A stretch of 64,000 bases of DNA from Parcubacteria group bacterium GW2011_GWC1_36_108 (GTDB lineage Bacteria > Patescibacteriota > Minisyncoccia > Moranbacterales > GWC2-37-73). Shown piece by piece: positions 28,834 through 38,573 of the stretch. Numbering within the stretch: the stretch's first letter is position 1; each line of letters starts with the position of its first letter. A program made the position numbers and the translations under genes. Below the pieces are notes generated by a model. The model ran no database searches and was not told the origin of the DNA. It saw nothing but the letters and a program-made list of their open reading frames with translations. The stretch spans positions 37,539 through 101,538 of the forward strand of contig LBRD01000007.1 of assembly GCA_000991245.1 (NCBI GenBank). Direction: 5' to 3'.

Positions 28834-29935
28834 ATGAAAGAAATACTGGACAAATTATTTGAAATAAAAAATAAGCTCCCGCTTTTGCGGGACTATCTTT
28901 GACGTTGCTGGGAAGATGCGGAAGATAACAGACTTGACACGGACTAGCTCGGAAAAAGATTTCTGGAACGATACGCAGAAGGCTGCTAAAATTTCGCAGG
29001 AACTTGAACTTTTGAAAAATGAAGTTACGGGACTTGAAAATATTGAAAAAAAAGTTGATGAACTTATTGAATTGATTGGTCTTTTTGAAAATTCCGAAAA
29101 TGAAGAAAAGCAAGAAGTTGAAAAACAATTTTTACAATTACAAAAAGAATTCGACGACTTAGAATTTAAATCATTGCTGGGAGGGGAATATGACAAAAGT
29201 GATGTGATTTTGGCAATTCGCAGTGGCGCTGGTGGCGTTGATGCACAAGATTGGGCGCAAATGCTTGAAAAAATGTATTTGAAGTGGTCAGAAAAAAATG
29301 GTTTCAAAGCTGTGATGGTTGAGGAAACGCGTGGAGCAGAAGCTGGGATCAAAAGTGCGACAATTGAAATATCAGGTCCTTATGCATATGGATATTTGCA
29401 AAGCGAAGCTGGCGTGCATCGGTTAGTCAGACTTTCTCCTTTTAATTCTGACAATTTGCGTCAGACATCATTTGCGATTGTGGAAGTTTTGCCAGTAATC
29501 GAAGAAATTGCTGAAGTGATTATAAACCCACAGGATCTTGTGATTGACACATATCGAGCCTCAGGTGCTGGCGGGCAACATGTGAACACGACCGATAGTG
29601 CAGTGCGCATCACGCATACGCCAACAAACATTGTTGTTACCTGTCAAAGTGAGCGTTCTCAACTTCAAAACAAAGAGCAGGCAATGAAAGTTTTGAAAGC
29701 TCGAATTCATCAGCGATATTTGGAAGAGCAAAAAGCTGAAAAAGAAAAATTGCGCGGAGAGTATAAAAGTGCGGAATGGGGAAGTCAAATTCGATCATAT
29801 GTGATCCATCCGTATAAGATGGTTAAAGATCATCGCACAAAATTTGAAACTTCTGATGCGGAAAAAGTGCTTGAGGGAGAGTTGCAAGGATTTATGGAAA
29901 GTTTTCTGCGCTGGCAGGCTAGCAATGGCGAATAA
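28834..29935 (+). CDS. prfB: Peptide chain release factor 2 with programmed +1 frameshift
   Basis: 22-codon ORF ending CTT TGA C (28897-28903); the +1 frame continues; SPF and GGQ motifs. Confidence 0.95.
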
Positions 29936-29943
29936 TTTTTTTC

Positions 29944-30043
29944 CTTGTCATTCCCGTGGAAACGGGAATCCAGGTTACGTATAAATATACATAATGGTGA
30001 TATTGAGTAGGGCTGGATTCCCAATCAAGTTGGGAATGACAAG
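29944..30043. repeat. GTCATTCC-family palindromic element
   Basis: CTTGTCATTCCCGTGGAAACGGGAATCCAG ... CTGGATTCCCAATCAAGTTGGGAATGACAAG. Confidence 0.85.
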
Positions 30044-30165
30044 TGAACAAATGCTCTATGCTCTATGTTTTATGTTTTATGATTTGTGTGATATAATATA
30101 AAAGTAAAAAAACAAAAGTGCATTCGGATTTAATTTGAATTTAATTCGTGTGTGCAAATTCGTAT

Positions 30166-30852
30166 ATGCCAATATTAAAATTTGAAAATGTTTCCAAGAC
30201 ATATCCCGGAAATTTTGTCGCACTGGAAGAAATAAACCTTGTCATTGAAGGCGGAGAGTTTTTGTCGATTGTTGGTCACAGTGGATCTGGGAAATCAACA
30301 TTGCTCAAGCTTATCTATGCTGAAGAACAGGCCACTATTGGTCACGTGTATTTCAATGATCGCTCAATAGATTCAATCAATCGCAAACATTTGCCATATT
30401 ATCGTCGCAACATCGGAACGGTTTTTCAAGATTTTAAATTGCTTCCGCAAAAAACAGCTTTTGAAAATGTGGCTTATGCATTAGAAGTCTCAGATGAAAC
30501 CGAAGAAGAAATTAATGAACTCGTGCCTGAGATATTAGAAATTGTCGGGATGAATGATAAAGCCAACAAATATCCTCGTCAACTTTCTGGCGGAGAGCAG
30601 CAAAAAATTTGTTTGGCTAGGGCTTTGGTGCGTAAGCCCATGGTTATTATTGCTGATGAGCCGACTGGAAATCTTGATCCTGTTGCAACCTGGGAAATTA
30701 TTCAACTTTTGTTGAAAATAAACAGTATGGGCACTACAATAATTCTTGCTACTCATAATAAAGATATTGTGGATAAATTGAATCGTAGAGTTATTGCTCT
30801 TGATAACGGAAGAGTGATCAGGGATCATATGAAGGGAAGGTATGCGATATAG
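30166..30852 (+). CDS. ftsE: Cell division ATP-binding protein
   Basis: GHSGSGKST, VFQDFKLL motifs; upstream of ftsX and downstream of prfB. Confidence 0.9.
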   Translation: MPILKFENVSKTYPGNFVALEEINLVIEGGEFLSIVGHSGSGKSTLLKLIYAEEQATIGHVYFNDRSIDSINRKHLPYYRRNIGTVFQDFKLLPQKTAFENVAYALEVSDETEEEINELVPEILEIVGMNDKANKYPRQLSGGEQQKICLARALVRKPMVIIADEPTGNLDPVATWEIIQLLLKINSMGTTIILATHNKDIVDKLNRRVIALDNGRVIRDHMKGRYAI

Positions 30853-30959
30853 TTCATAAAGTTAAAAGTTATAAAGTTATAAAGTTAAATACAAAAATAG
30901 AAACTAATTTTTTCTAAAAGCTAAAAAGCTGAGAAGCTAATGCCTAAGAAGCTGTTATT

Positions 30960-31871
30960 ATGAAATTTACAAAACTCAAGAGAACATTTAAAGAAGGATT
31001 GGATAATTTTCGTCGCAACGGGTGGCTTAGTTTTGCCACTGTCAGCGTGCTCGCCATTTCGCTATATGTTATTAGTGTCACAATAATTTTGGGAGTGACG
31101 GCAAACATCGTGCTTAAAAATATTCAAGACAAGATTAATGTGAGTATGTATTTTAATTCTGATGTTGAGGAAAGTAGGATTTTAGAAATAAAAGACAAGC
31201 TCGTGGGATATCAGGAAATTGCCTCGATTGAATATGTTTCAAAAGACCAAGCATTGGAACAATTTAAAAAGTTGGGAGACAAGAATCCTTCAATAACACA
31301 AGCACTTGATGAAATCGGGGAAAATCCATTGCTTGCAGCGTTGGTTGTGAAAGCAAAAAGCCCAAATCAATATGACATCATCACGAAAGCAATTTCAAAT
31401 GCCAGTTTTTCTGCGGACATTAGCCGCATTGATTATGAAGAAAACAAAACAGCCATCGATCGTCTCACGAATATAATGAAATTGGTTGAGCAAGTTGGAC
31501 TGACACTCGGGATAATCTTTGTTTTTATTGGTGTGCTCATCACGTTTAATGCAATTCGTCTTACGATGTATGCTCACAAGCAGGAATTTGAAATTATGCG
31601 ACTCGTTGGCGCATCAAACACTTATATTAAAATGCCGTTTGTTTTTGAGGGAATTTTTTACGGAGTAGTTTCTGCATTTGTCGTTATGATTTGTCTTTAT
31701 GCTACTTCAAAATTTCTCGCACCAATCACGCAAGGCAGCATCGGCGGCGGCGACATTGTAACATTTTATTTTTCAAATTTCTTCATTATTTTTGGTGGAC
31801 TTCTTCTCTCTGGAATTTTCCTCGGAACATTAAGTGGTGTTATTGCGATTAGGAGATACCTTAAGGTTTAA
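30960..31871 (+). CDS. ftsX: Cell division permease
   Basis: ENPL, IMRLVGAS..IKMPF motifs; four TMs. Confidence 0.9.
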   Translation: MKFTKLKRTFKEGLDNFRRNGWLSFATVSVLAISLYVISVTIILGVTANIVLKNIQDKINVSMYFNSDVEESRILEIKDKLVGYQEIASIEYVSKDQALEQFKKLGDKNPSITQALDEIGENPLLAALVVKAKSPNQYDIITKAISNASFSADISRIDYEENKTAIDRLTNIMKLVEQVGLTLGIIFVFIGVLITFNAIRLTMYAHKQEFEIMRLVGASNTYIKMPFVFEGIFYGVVSAFVVMICLYATSKFLAPITQGSIGGGDIVTFYFSNFFIIFGGLLLSGIFLGTLSGVIAIRRYLKV

Positions 31872-31889
31872 AACTTCAGATTAGCAAAT

Positions 31890-31923
31890 AAAAAAATTAC
31901 GTAACTAGTTACGTAATTTTTTT
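31890..31923. terminator. Perfect 34-bp palindrome, probable bidirectional terminator
   Basis: AAAAAAATTACGTAACT|AGTTACGTAATTTTTTT between convergent ftsX and tRNA. Confidence 0.6.
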
Positions 31924-31927
31924 AATG

Positions 31928-31999
31928 TTGGAGTGCTAGGATTCGAACCTAGGGATGGCGGTACCAGAAACCGCTGCCTTACCGCTTGGCTACACTCCA
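31928..31999 (-). tRNA. tRNA-Gln(CTG)
   Basis: TGGAGTG/CACTCCA acceptor, GCGGT-TTCTGGT-ACCGC anticodon arm, GGTTCGAATCC. Confidence 0.94.
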
Positions 32000-32089
32000 A
32001 TTTAAACACCAAACAAGATTCAGTATATCATTTTTGACCAAAAAATCAAGGCTTGACTTTGGGTTGATTTGCTTTTATAATAATTCGAT

Positions 32090-32809
32090 ATGGAAGAAAT
32101 AATATATCCAATACGAATAAATCGATATCTGGCGCTGAATAATTATTGTTCGCGCAGGGAAGCAGACGCCTTGATTGAAAAAGGTGTTGTTTTGGTTAAT
32201 GGCAAAAAGGCCAAAATAGGGGACAAAGTTAATGAAACTGACAAAGTGACGGTGAATGCAAAAGATGCCAGTGTGATGAAAAAATATGTTTATTTTGCTT
32301 TCAATAAACCGCGAGGAATCGTGACTAATTCGCCGAAAGATGGTCAAAAAAGCATCAAAGACATCACATATTCAGCAGACGATGTTTTTCCGGTTGGACG
32401 TTTGGACAAAAATTCTCGTGGGCTTATTATTCTTACAAACGATGGAAGAGTTAATGATAAAATGCTTAATCCTGAATATAATCACGAGAAGGAATATGTC
32501 GTTGAGGTTAACAAGCCAATCACTAACATATTTCTGAAAGTAATGCGCCAAGGTGTGCAGTTGGAAGATTTCAAAACCAAACCTGCTATTGTTGAGCAAA
32601 AAGATGAAATAACTTTTCACATCACTTTGACCGAAGGAAAAAAACATCAAATTCGTCGTATGTGCACAAATCTTGGTTGGGAAGTGGTGGATTTGAAACG
32701 TATCCGAGTTATGAGTATAAAAATGGGAACACTTGGCTCAGGACAACAACGCAAAATTCAAGGAGCAGAGCTTCTTGAATTGCTTACAAGTCTAGGATTG
32801 AATGGCTAG
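32090..32809 (+). CDS. rRNA pseudouridine synthase (RsuA/RluB/RluF family)
   Basis: S4 domain, GRLD, EKEY, EGKKHQIRRM motifs. Confidence 0.92.
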   Translation: MEEIIYPIRINRYLALNNYCSRREADALIEKGVVLVNGKKAKIGDKVNETDKVTVNAKDASVMKKYVYFAFNKPRGIVTNSPKDGQKSIKDITYSADDVFPVGRLDKNSRGLIILTNDGRVNDKMLNPEYNHEKEYVVEVNKPITNIFLKVMRQGVQLEDFKTKPAIVEQKDEITFHITLTEGKKHQIRRMCTNLGWEVVDLKRIRVMSIKMGTLGSGQQRKIQGAELLELLTSLGLNG

Positions 32810-32833
32810 TTTTTATGTGTTTGAAAAATTTTA

Positions 32834-32863
32834 AAGGGCAACGAATTTATCGTTGCCCTTTTT
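32834..32863. terminator. Bidirectional terminator
   Basis: AAAGGGCAACGA-ATTTA-TCGTTGCCCTTT. Confidence 0.8.
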
Positions 32864-32886
32864 GGTAGGTACCGTGCCGTTATTTG

Positions 32887-33378
32887 TTAGATGACTTTTA
32901 AGATTTCTACAGTCATCTTGCGTTTGCCCCAAGCGTCAGCTTGTTTTTGGGACATTTTAGAAAAGACGTCAAACTGAACAATTTTTTCGTCTTTCCATAA
33001 TTCTTCTGCAGCAACACAACGATCATCAACTTTTCCAATGAGATTTATTCCATCTCCTTTTATTCTGATGATTGTTCCGCGTCTGAAGCCATGCTTGCGA
33101 GTTACATTTGCCGCAATTGTGAAATCTGCTTGCGGCTTTGTTCCAAAAAATGTTTCCTTTCCTTTGCCATTGAGTTTTATGGCGTCGAGATAGGCTCTTT
33201 TGGATTTGTAATACTCCCTTTTTGGTTCTATGTATCGAGACACAATAACCGGAAGGGTTTTTACAACTTTGTACCGCTTGGCGGGCGGTTGTGGTGGAAC
33301 GTACTTGAAGTACGCTCGCGAGGAAGTAGGCTGTGCGCACGCTAATATTATAAAAAGCGCGCATATCCATCCTTTCAC
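32887..33378 (-). CDS. Secreted 3D-domain-like (MltA-related) cell wall protein
   Basis: Signal peptide; TIAAN..GTIIRI..VDDR..FDVF..WGKRKMTVEIL; SD AAAGGAG. Confidence 0.6.
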   Translation of the reverse strand: MKGWICALFIILACAQPTSSRAYFKYVPPQPPAKRYKVVKTLPVIVSRYIEPKREYYKSKRAYLDAIKLNGKGKETFFGTKPQADFTIAANVTRKHGFRRGTIIRIKGDGINLIGKVDDRCVAAEELWKDEKIVQFDVFSKMSQKQADAWGKRKMTVEILKVI

Positions 33379-33647
33379 GTGGGCTTTCTCCTTTCAGTTT
33401 CGCCACGATACCTTTTATTTTAACAAAAAACAGGTCCTTGCGGGATCGTTTTTTGGAAATGTCCAATGCGTCACTCGTGACAACTTTTGGACCTCATTTT
33501 ATAATACTAGATAAAAACTTTTTTGTTTCATTTTCAGTTTTGGTTTTTTAACCAGAGCTGATATAATGAAATTAAGAAATCTTTTTAAGGCTTTATTAAG
33601 AGAATAAGTTGCCGTGCCAGCACGGATTTATAGGATAACACATATTT

Positions 33648-34847
33648 ATGAAAATAGCAATACATTGCGCCGACCTTGATCACAAACGCATTGATGGAAC
33701 AAGGGTATACCTTTATAATATGCTGAAAAACTTCGGAATTTTGGACAAAAAAGACGTTTTTGAGATTTATCATCGAAGCGATTTTAATCCACGGCTCACT
33801 CCGCCAACATTTTCAAATTATGCGGTTAAAAAGCTTTCATTTCCGTTTCTTTGGACGCAAACTTGTTTTGCTTGGAAATTGCTTTTTGATAAACCGGATG
33901 TGCTTTGGATGGCTGTGCATAATGCGCCAATTGTAAGGAGGAAAAATCTCAAAGTGGTAGTGACAATTCATGATTTGGCTTTCAAAATATTTCCGCAGTA
34001 TTTTCCCAAGAAAGATTTGACGAAGCTTAACATTCTTAGTGACTTGGCGATTAAAAATGCTGATCGTATCATTGCAGTTTCGCAGTCGACAAAGAAAGAT
34101 ATTTTAAAATTTTATCCTCAAGTTTCTTCAGAAAAAATTACCGTCATCCATCACGGTTTCGACACGCAATTATTTCAAAATAAAGTTTCCCAAGAAGAGC
34201 TTGAAAAAGTACTAGCAACCTATAACCTTTACCCTGTTAAATCCGACGAAGTCGGTGCGAAGCAATTTAACGGGGTGAAACCTAAAACCTATCTTCTGTA
34301 TGTCGGTGCAATTCAACCGCGAAAAAATCTGGGAGTTTTGATTGAGGCATTTGAAAAAATAAAAATTAATAACCCGGAGCTTAAATTGGTTTTTGCGGGA
34401 GCCCCTGCGTGGCAATATGAGGACACTTTGGAAAAAATTTCCCAAAGTAAATTCAGCGGCGACATTATTGTTACAGGCACAATTCCGTTTTCTGATTTGC
34501 CAGTGCTATATCAAAACGCAGCGGCTTTTGTTTTTCCATCTTTATATGAGGGTTTTGGTATTCCAGTGCTTGAGGCGTTTGCCTCGGGCACGCCGGTTAT
34601 TTTGGCAAACAATTCTAGTCTGCCTGAAGTTGGAGGAGAGGCGGCTTTATATTTTGAAACTGAAAGTAGTGATAATCTTGCTGGTTGTCTCGAGCGTGTT
34701 TTGACAGACAAAGATTTGAGCGCAACTATGATTCAAAAAGGGAAGAGTCGCGCAGCAAATTTTTCCTGGGAAAAATGCGCGCAAATAACACTTAACAGTA
34801 TTAGAAAAACACAGGGTTATTCTTCGGAAGAAAAGATGATTTCGTAA
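33648..34847 (+). CDS. Glycosyltransferase family 4 with an in-frame palindromic insertion
   Basis: TIHD, PRKN, PSLYEGFGIPVLEA motifs. Confidence 0.92.
   Translation: MKIAIHCADLDHKRIDGTRVYLYNMLKNFGILDKKDVFEIYHRSDFNPRLTPPTFSNYAVKKLSFPFLWTQTCFAWKLLFDKPDVLWMAVHNAPIVRRKNLKVVVTIHDLAFKIFPQYFPKKDLTKLNILSDLAIKNADRIIAVSQSTKKDILKFYPQVSSEKITVIHHGFDTQLFQNKVSQEELEKVLATYNLYPVKSDEVGAKQFNGVKPKTYLLYVGAIQPRKNLGVLIEAFEKIKINNPELKLVFAGAPAWQYEDTLEKISQSKFSGDIIVTGTIPFSDLPVLYQNAAAFVFPSLYEGFGIPVLEAFASGTPVILANNSSLPEVGGEAALYFETESSDNLAGCLERVLTDKDLSATMIQKGKSRAANFSWEKCAQITLNSIRKTQGYSSEEKMIS
34228..34279. repeat. ACCCTGTTAAAT-family element in frame in the GT4 gene
   Basis: TTTACCCTGTTAAAT-CCGACGAAGTCGG-TGCGAAGCA-ATTTAACGGGGTGAA; encodes YPVKSDEVGAKQFNGV. 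Confidence 0.85.
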
Positions 34848-35218
34848 AGCAAAAAGAAAACAAAAAGTGTGATAAGCGCAATTGTGATGTTTTCCCAAAG
34901 ACTAAATTTAAGCATTGAACTTCCGATTAGCAAAAAAGAAAATAAGATAATCATCGGCAAAAATTTCGTTTTGCTGATTTTTATTTTGTCGTACGTAATG
35001 TCTAGTTTCTTGCCGAGATATGCAATAAGTGCCAGTACTAAAAAAAGTGAGATGGTTGTTTTGCTGAAACTTATTTTGCTTGAAACAAGTCCGGGGAGCA
35101 ATCCTTCTGCTGCAAGTGTTGCTGCAAATGTGAGGAGCAAAAGCAATAAGAGATCATAAGCGAGTTTATATGAAATCAATAACGCATTCTTGCTGATGGT
35201 AATTTTTTTTAATCGCAT
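34817..35218 (-). CDS. Hypothetical four-TM membrane protein
   Basis: Hydrophobic ORF co-oriented with its neighbours. Confidence 0.7.
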   Translation of the reverse strand: MRLKKITISKNALLISYKLAYDLLLLLLLTFAATLAAEGLLPGLVSSKISFSKTTISLFLVLALIAYLGKKLDITYDKIKISKTKFLPMIILFSFLLIGSSMLKFSLWENITIALITLFVFFLLYEIIFSSEE

Positions 35219-35228
35219 ATTTTTAATG

Positions 35229-36554
35229 TTATCTGTTTTTCAGCTTATTTTTTATGGTAGAGAGGGAATTTCGAAGACTGTGAAATGTCATCGGGGTTGA
35301 GAATGTCGTGTCGATTGTGTTTACTTTGGCATTCTTGGAAAAGGTTGCACTTATTTGATAATCATTACCAATAAGCAGTGCCAAATCTTCGAGCGGCACA
35401 TCGCACTGATATGTGTTTGAGCTGAGCATTTTCTTTTTCAGTGTGCAAGTCGATTCTTTTGCAGCTTGTGCTGCGCTGGCGATTATTGGTTTTTGTTTGG
35501 CATATGTTTTTACAAGGACAGAACTGTTCATTGGTCTTTTCTTTTCATCTTTGATAATAAAATGGTTATTTGTTTCTTGATCGAAGAAAATTGTTCCATT
35601 GGGATGAGAGGAATTGCGTGTAAATTGTTTTTGTTTTTTGTACATTCCAATTTCATTGGAAGTGACTGCAATTACGTCGTTCCAATCAAATCCCATTGCC
35701 AAGAATGTCACATCATTTTCGATAGGATAACTTTTTTCTTCGCTCAAGATGAAAACTGATTCAGCTGATGAGACAAGTGTTCCGTCAGCAAAACCCAAAT
35801 ATGTTTCAGACACGGGATAACGAGAAAGAAAATCTTTTTCTTTCACAACTGTTGATGTCATATCAAACTGCGTCAAAAAAGCTCGCGCGCTGACAAAAGG
35901 GAAAAGTTGTTGGTTTTTTAATCTATAAAAATTATCATCGATAACAAAAAGTGTATCGTTGGGATAATTTTCGGCATTGGCAATTTCGTCTCCTGTTTTG
36001 TTTAATTTCAAATCATCTTGCGAAACTTCGACAAATGCGCTTTTGGGATAACCAAGATCAAGAATGATGTTGGTGCTGGAAAATTTGCGCAGCAATCCAT
36101 CAGAAACAATGTAATATTCTCCAGTTGGGGTTGTCAGCAATGTTCCATCTTTGAAATCAGCAGGCTTGCCAATTGGAAAGAAAAAGGCTTGATATGACTT
36201 GCTTATTTTCACTGAAGTGTTTTCAATGTCGTTGGAATTTTTTTCCAAAGTAAATGCGATGTTTGCTTTGGAAAATTGGCCTATTGGATTTGCATTGAAT
36301 ATTAATGTTTCGTTTGAACTGATTGATTTTTCAACTGGAAATCCTCCGGTTTGATTCAAGCGAGGGGAAACTAGCGTGTTTTTGTTTGAATTGGGCGTGT
36401 TCATCGAAAAATTTAGAGGAACAATAGGGAACAGGATTCGATACAAAATAAAAAACATCGCTATTAAAAAAACAAAATGAAGAAGCGCCCGCAGAACGGT
36501 ATATCTTTTTTGCAAAGTTGGTTCTAGTGTGACGTTTTTAGTAAGATCAAACAT
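35229..36554 (-). CDS. Membrane-anchored extracellular protein with repeated DGTL-type modules
   Basis: N-terminal TM; repeats KDGTL, PNDTL, ADGTL, PNGTI. Confidence 0.7.
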   Translation of the reverse strand: MFDLTKNVTLEPTLQKRYTVLRALLHFVFLIAMFFILYRILFPIVPLNFSMNTPNSNKNTLVSPRLNQTGGFPVEKSISSNETLIFNANPIGQFSKANIAFTLEKNSNDIENTSVKISKSYQAFFFPIGKPADFKDGTLLTTPTGEYYIVSDGLLRKFSSTNIILDLGYPKSAFVEVSQDDLKLNKTGDEIANAENYPNDTLFVIDDNFYRLKNQQLFPFVSARAFLTQFDMTSTVVKEKDFLSRYPVSETYLGFADGTLVSSAESVFILSEEKSYPIENDVTFLAMGFDWNDVIAVTSNEIGMYKKQKQFTRNSSHPNGTIFFDQETNNHFIIKDEKKRPMNSSVLVKTYAKQKPIIASAAQAAKESTCTLKKKMLSSNTYQCDVPLEDLALLIGNDYQISATFSKNAKVNTIDTTFSTPMTFHSLRNSLSTIKNKLKNR

Positions 36555-36634
36555 AGTTAATATAACATTTTAAATTTTAAATTCTAAGTTTTAAATTTTA
36601 AATGACAGGGCGGGAGTCCAGAATGACACGAGGC

Positions 36635-38419
36635 TTATTTGTTTACTTTAAATATTTTTCCTGACACTGAGATTTCTTTTTTTTCGGGAAGGGAAATTTT
36701 GTCGAGCTTATTGCTACGCTCAACGTCCAGCCTGGTGGTGGTAAGCGTGTATGAATCTGTTTCAGACAAGCTGCTTCCAATCGTGCTGTTTAAATAAAAT
36801 GGCACTTGCTTGTTGGGCGCAATCAAATAAACATTGGAAAAATTTTCAGTATCAAGTTTTGACAGGTCTTGATTATTGAAAAAGTACACAGCATTTTTGC
36901 TAAATAAATAATTCATCGGACCGCCCAGCATTGACCAGCCATCGCCTGAAGCCTCGCGGTCTATTAAAATTAAATCGTTGTCGGAAAATTTTGAGCTAAG
37001 TGTTTGAGTTTGAGCAAGGAGACTTTCGTTTTCATTGTAGGAAATATATTTTAAAAATGCCGGCAAATTCATTGCAAGTAATGCTAGGCTGATAAGGGCA
37101 GCTAATGTTTTTGTTTTAATATTTTTTCCTTCAAACCATTTGCCGAGCAGTATTCCTGAATAAAAAATTGCGCAAGGGAGAAGGGAAAACATAAAGCGTC
37201 TGAGCATCCAAGGATGATCCGGTGTGATTTGAGAATCAAAAAAATAAACAAAAGTAGGAAGAATTATAAAAAACGGAGTGAGTTTGTAGAATTCTTTTTT
37301 CCACAAAGCGTAAAGTGTTCCAAATCCGCCAACAATAAAAAATCCAAGCAAGCCGTAGAGATAAAATACTTTCAAGCTGTAAAAATCTGGCAGAATACTA
37401 TTTTTGATTTCTCCTAGATATTTTGCTTGAGGCGAGGTTACTGTGGGCAAAATAGCTTTTAAAATTTCTTTGTAAAAATACACATCAACATATACATTGG
37501 TTATAAAAATCAAAAACAATGCAATTGCTGGCAGAAAAAATCTGGATGACATTTTTTCCTTAACGAATGTGCGAGTATTTTTGTTGAGCAAGATCACCGC
37601 GATTGAAGCAAGAAGAAAAGCGAAGCCTTCAATTCTGGCAAAGCAAAGAAGGAAAGATGAAAAAAGAAAAACAAAATAAAATAATTTGCGTTGGTCTTTC
37701 AAGAAAAGCATCAATGAAAGAATCGTCAGCCACACGAGTGGCAGCGCAATATTTTCGCTAAGAGTGAATTTGGAAAACCACATAAAGACAAATGATGTTG
37801 AAGTCAGCAGCATTATTGGCAGAGCCGATGATGTTTTCAAAAATAAGCGCAGTGTCATATAAAATGACAAAAGGAACGTGAAAAACAAAACTGCATTTGC
37901 AACAAGAAATCCAGTTATTCCAAAAACAGCAAAAAACAAAGCAAGCCATGCAATATAGACTAGGGAAAATTGAGTGATGAGCAAGCCATCTTTGGTATAA
38001 TAAAAACCGGGGAAATTTTGAGCGCGTCCTGGCTCGTGCAATTTGAAAAATTCTTTGGAGGCAGGAGTGGAAAATTCAAGTTTGTGATTTTGAGCAAGTC
38101 TGGCTGCAGCTTCACTGAAAGAACCTTGATCTCTGCCTGTGAAAACAGAAGGCTGAGAGAGAAAGGAGAAAGAAATTGCAATAAAGATAAAGAGTATGCT
38201 TGTGAAAAAAAATTCGCGGGAAATTTTAAATGATATGCCAAAAGAAGTTGCTTTTCTTGCAAGCCAAATTCCGCCAATTGCCACTATTGTCCAAACCAAA
38301 GAGGCGTAGAAAAAACCGACAAGTGCCAAGGCGAAACTTCCCCAAGCTAAACTTAGCCAAACAAGGGCTTTAAACAGAAATATTTGATAATCTTTGGACG
38401 ACATTTTGTTGTTATTCAT
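36635..38419 (-). CDS. Polytopic membrane protein, probable GT-C glycosyltransferase
   Basis: Many TMs; GRDQG loop, LSE, RIEG, PWMLRRF. Confidence 0.6.
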   Translation of the reverse strand: MNNNKMSSKDYQIFLFKALVWLSLAWGSFALALVGFFYASLVWTIVAIGGIWLARKATSFGISFKISREFFFTSILFIFIAISFSFLSQPSVFTGRDQGSFSEAAARLAQNHKLEFSTPASKEFFKLHEPGRAQNFPGFYYTKDGLLITQFSLVYIAWLALFFAVFGITGFLVANAVLFFTFLLSFYMTLRLFLKTSSALPIMLLTSTSFVFMWFSKFTLSENIALPLVWLTILSLMLFLKDQRKLFYFVFLFSSFLLCFARIEGFAFLLASIAVILLNKNTRTFVKEKMSSRFFLPAIALFLIFITNVYVDVYFYKEILKAILPTVTSPQAKYLGEIKNSILPDFYSLKVFYLYGLLGFFIVGGFGTLYALWKKEFYKLTPFFIILPTFVYFFDSQITPDHPWMLRRFMFSLLPCAIFYSGILLGKWFEGKNIKTKTLAALISLALLAMNLPAFLKYISYNENESLLAQTQTLSSKFSDNDLILIDREASGDGWSMLGGPMNYLFSKNAVYFFNNQDLSKLDTENFSNVYLIAPNKQVPFYLNSTIGSSLSETDSYTLTTTRLDVERSNKLDKISLPEKKEISVSGKIFKVNK

Positions 38420-38526
38420 ATTTTTAATTATACCGACTATTTTCGTATTTGCAAAGCACTTTTTGATGGTGTAAAATGAAATAAATAGATGCTCTATTAC
38501 TGAGAAATTGAAATACAAAAATATAA

Positions 38527-38565
38527 CCCCAGTTAAATATTGCGGATTACCGCAATTTAACGGGG
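38527..38565. repeat. CCCC.GTTAAAT-family element
   Basis: CCCCAGTTAAAT..TGCGG.....CCGCA-ATTTAACGGGG. Confidence 0.75.
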
Positions 38566-38573
38566 CAAGAAAA

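Noticed and set aside
28834-28915. prfB pseudogene or sequencing error
   Set aside because: CTT TGA C is the classic programmed +1 frameshift site
26829-32000. Prophage or integrative element at the tRNAs
   Set aside because: No integrase, no duplicated tRNA 3' end seen, and the flanking genes are housekeeping
38420-38573. Overlapping N-terminal extensions of the divergent ORFs at 38518 and 38508
   Set aside because: They rely on alternative starts crossing a palindromic element; ATGs at 38419 and 38574 are more plausible
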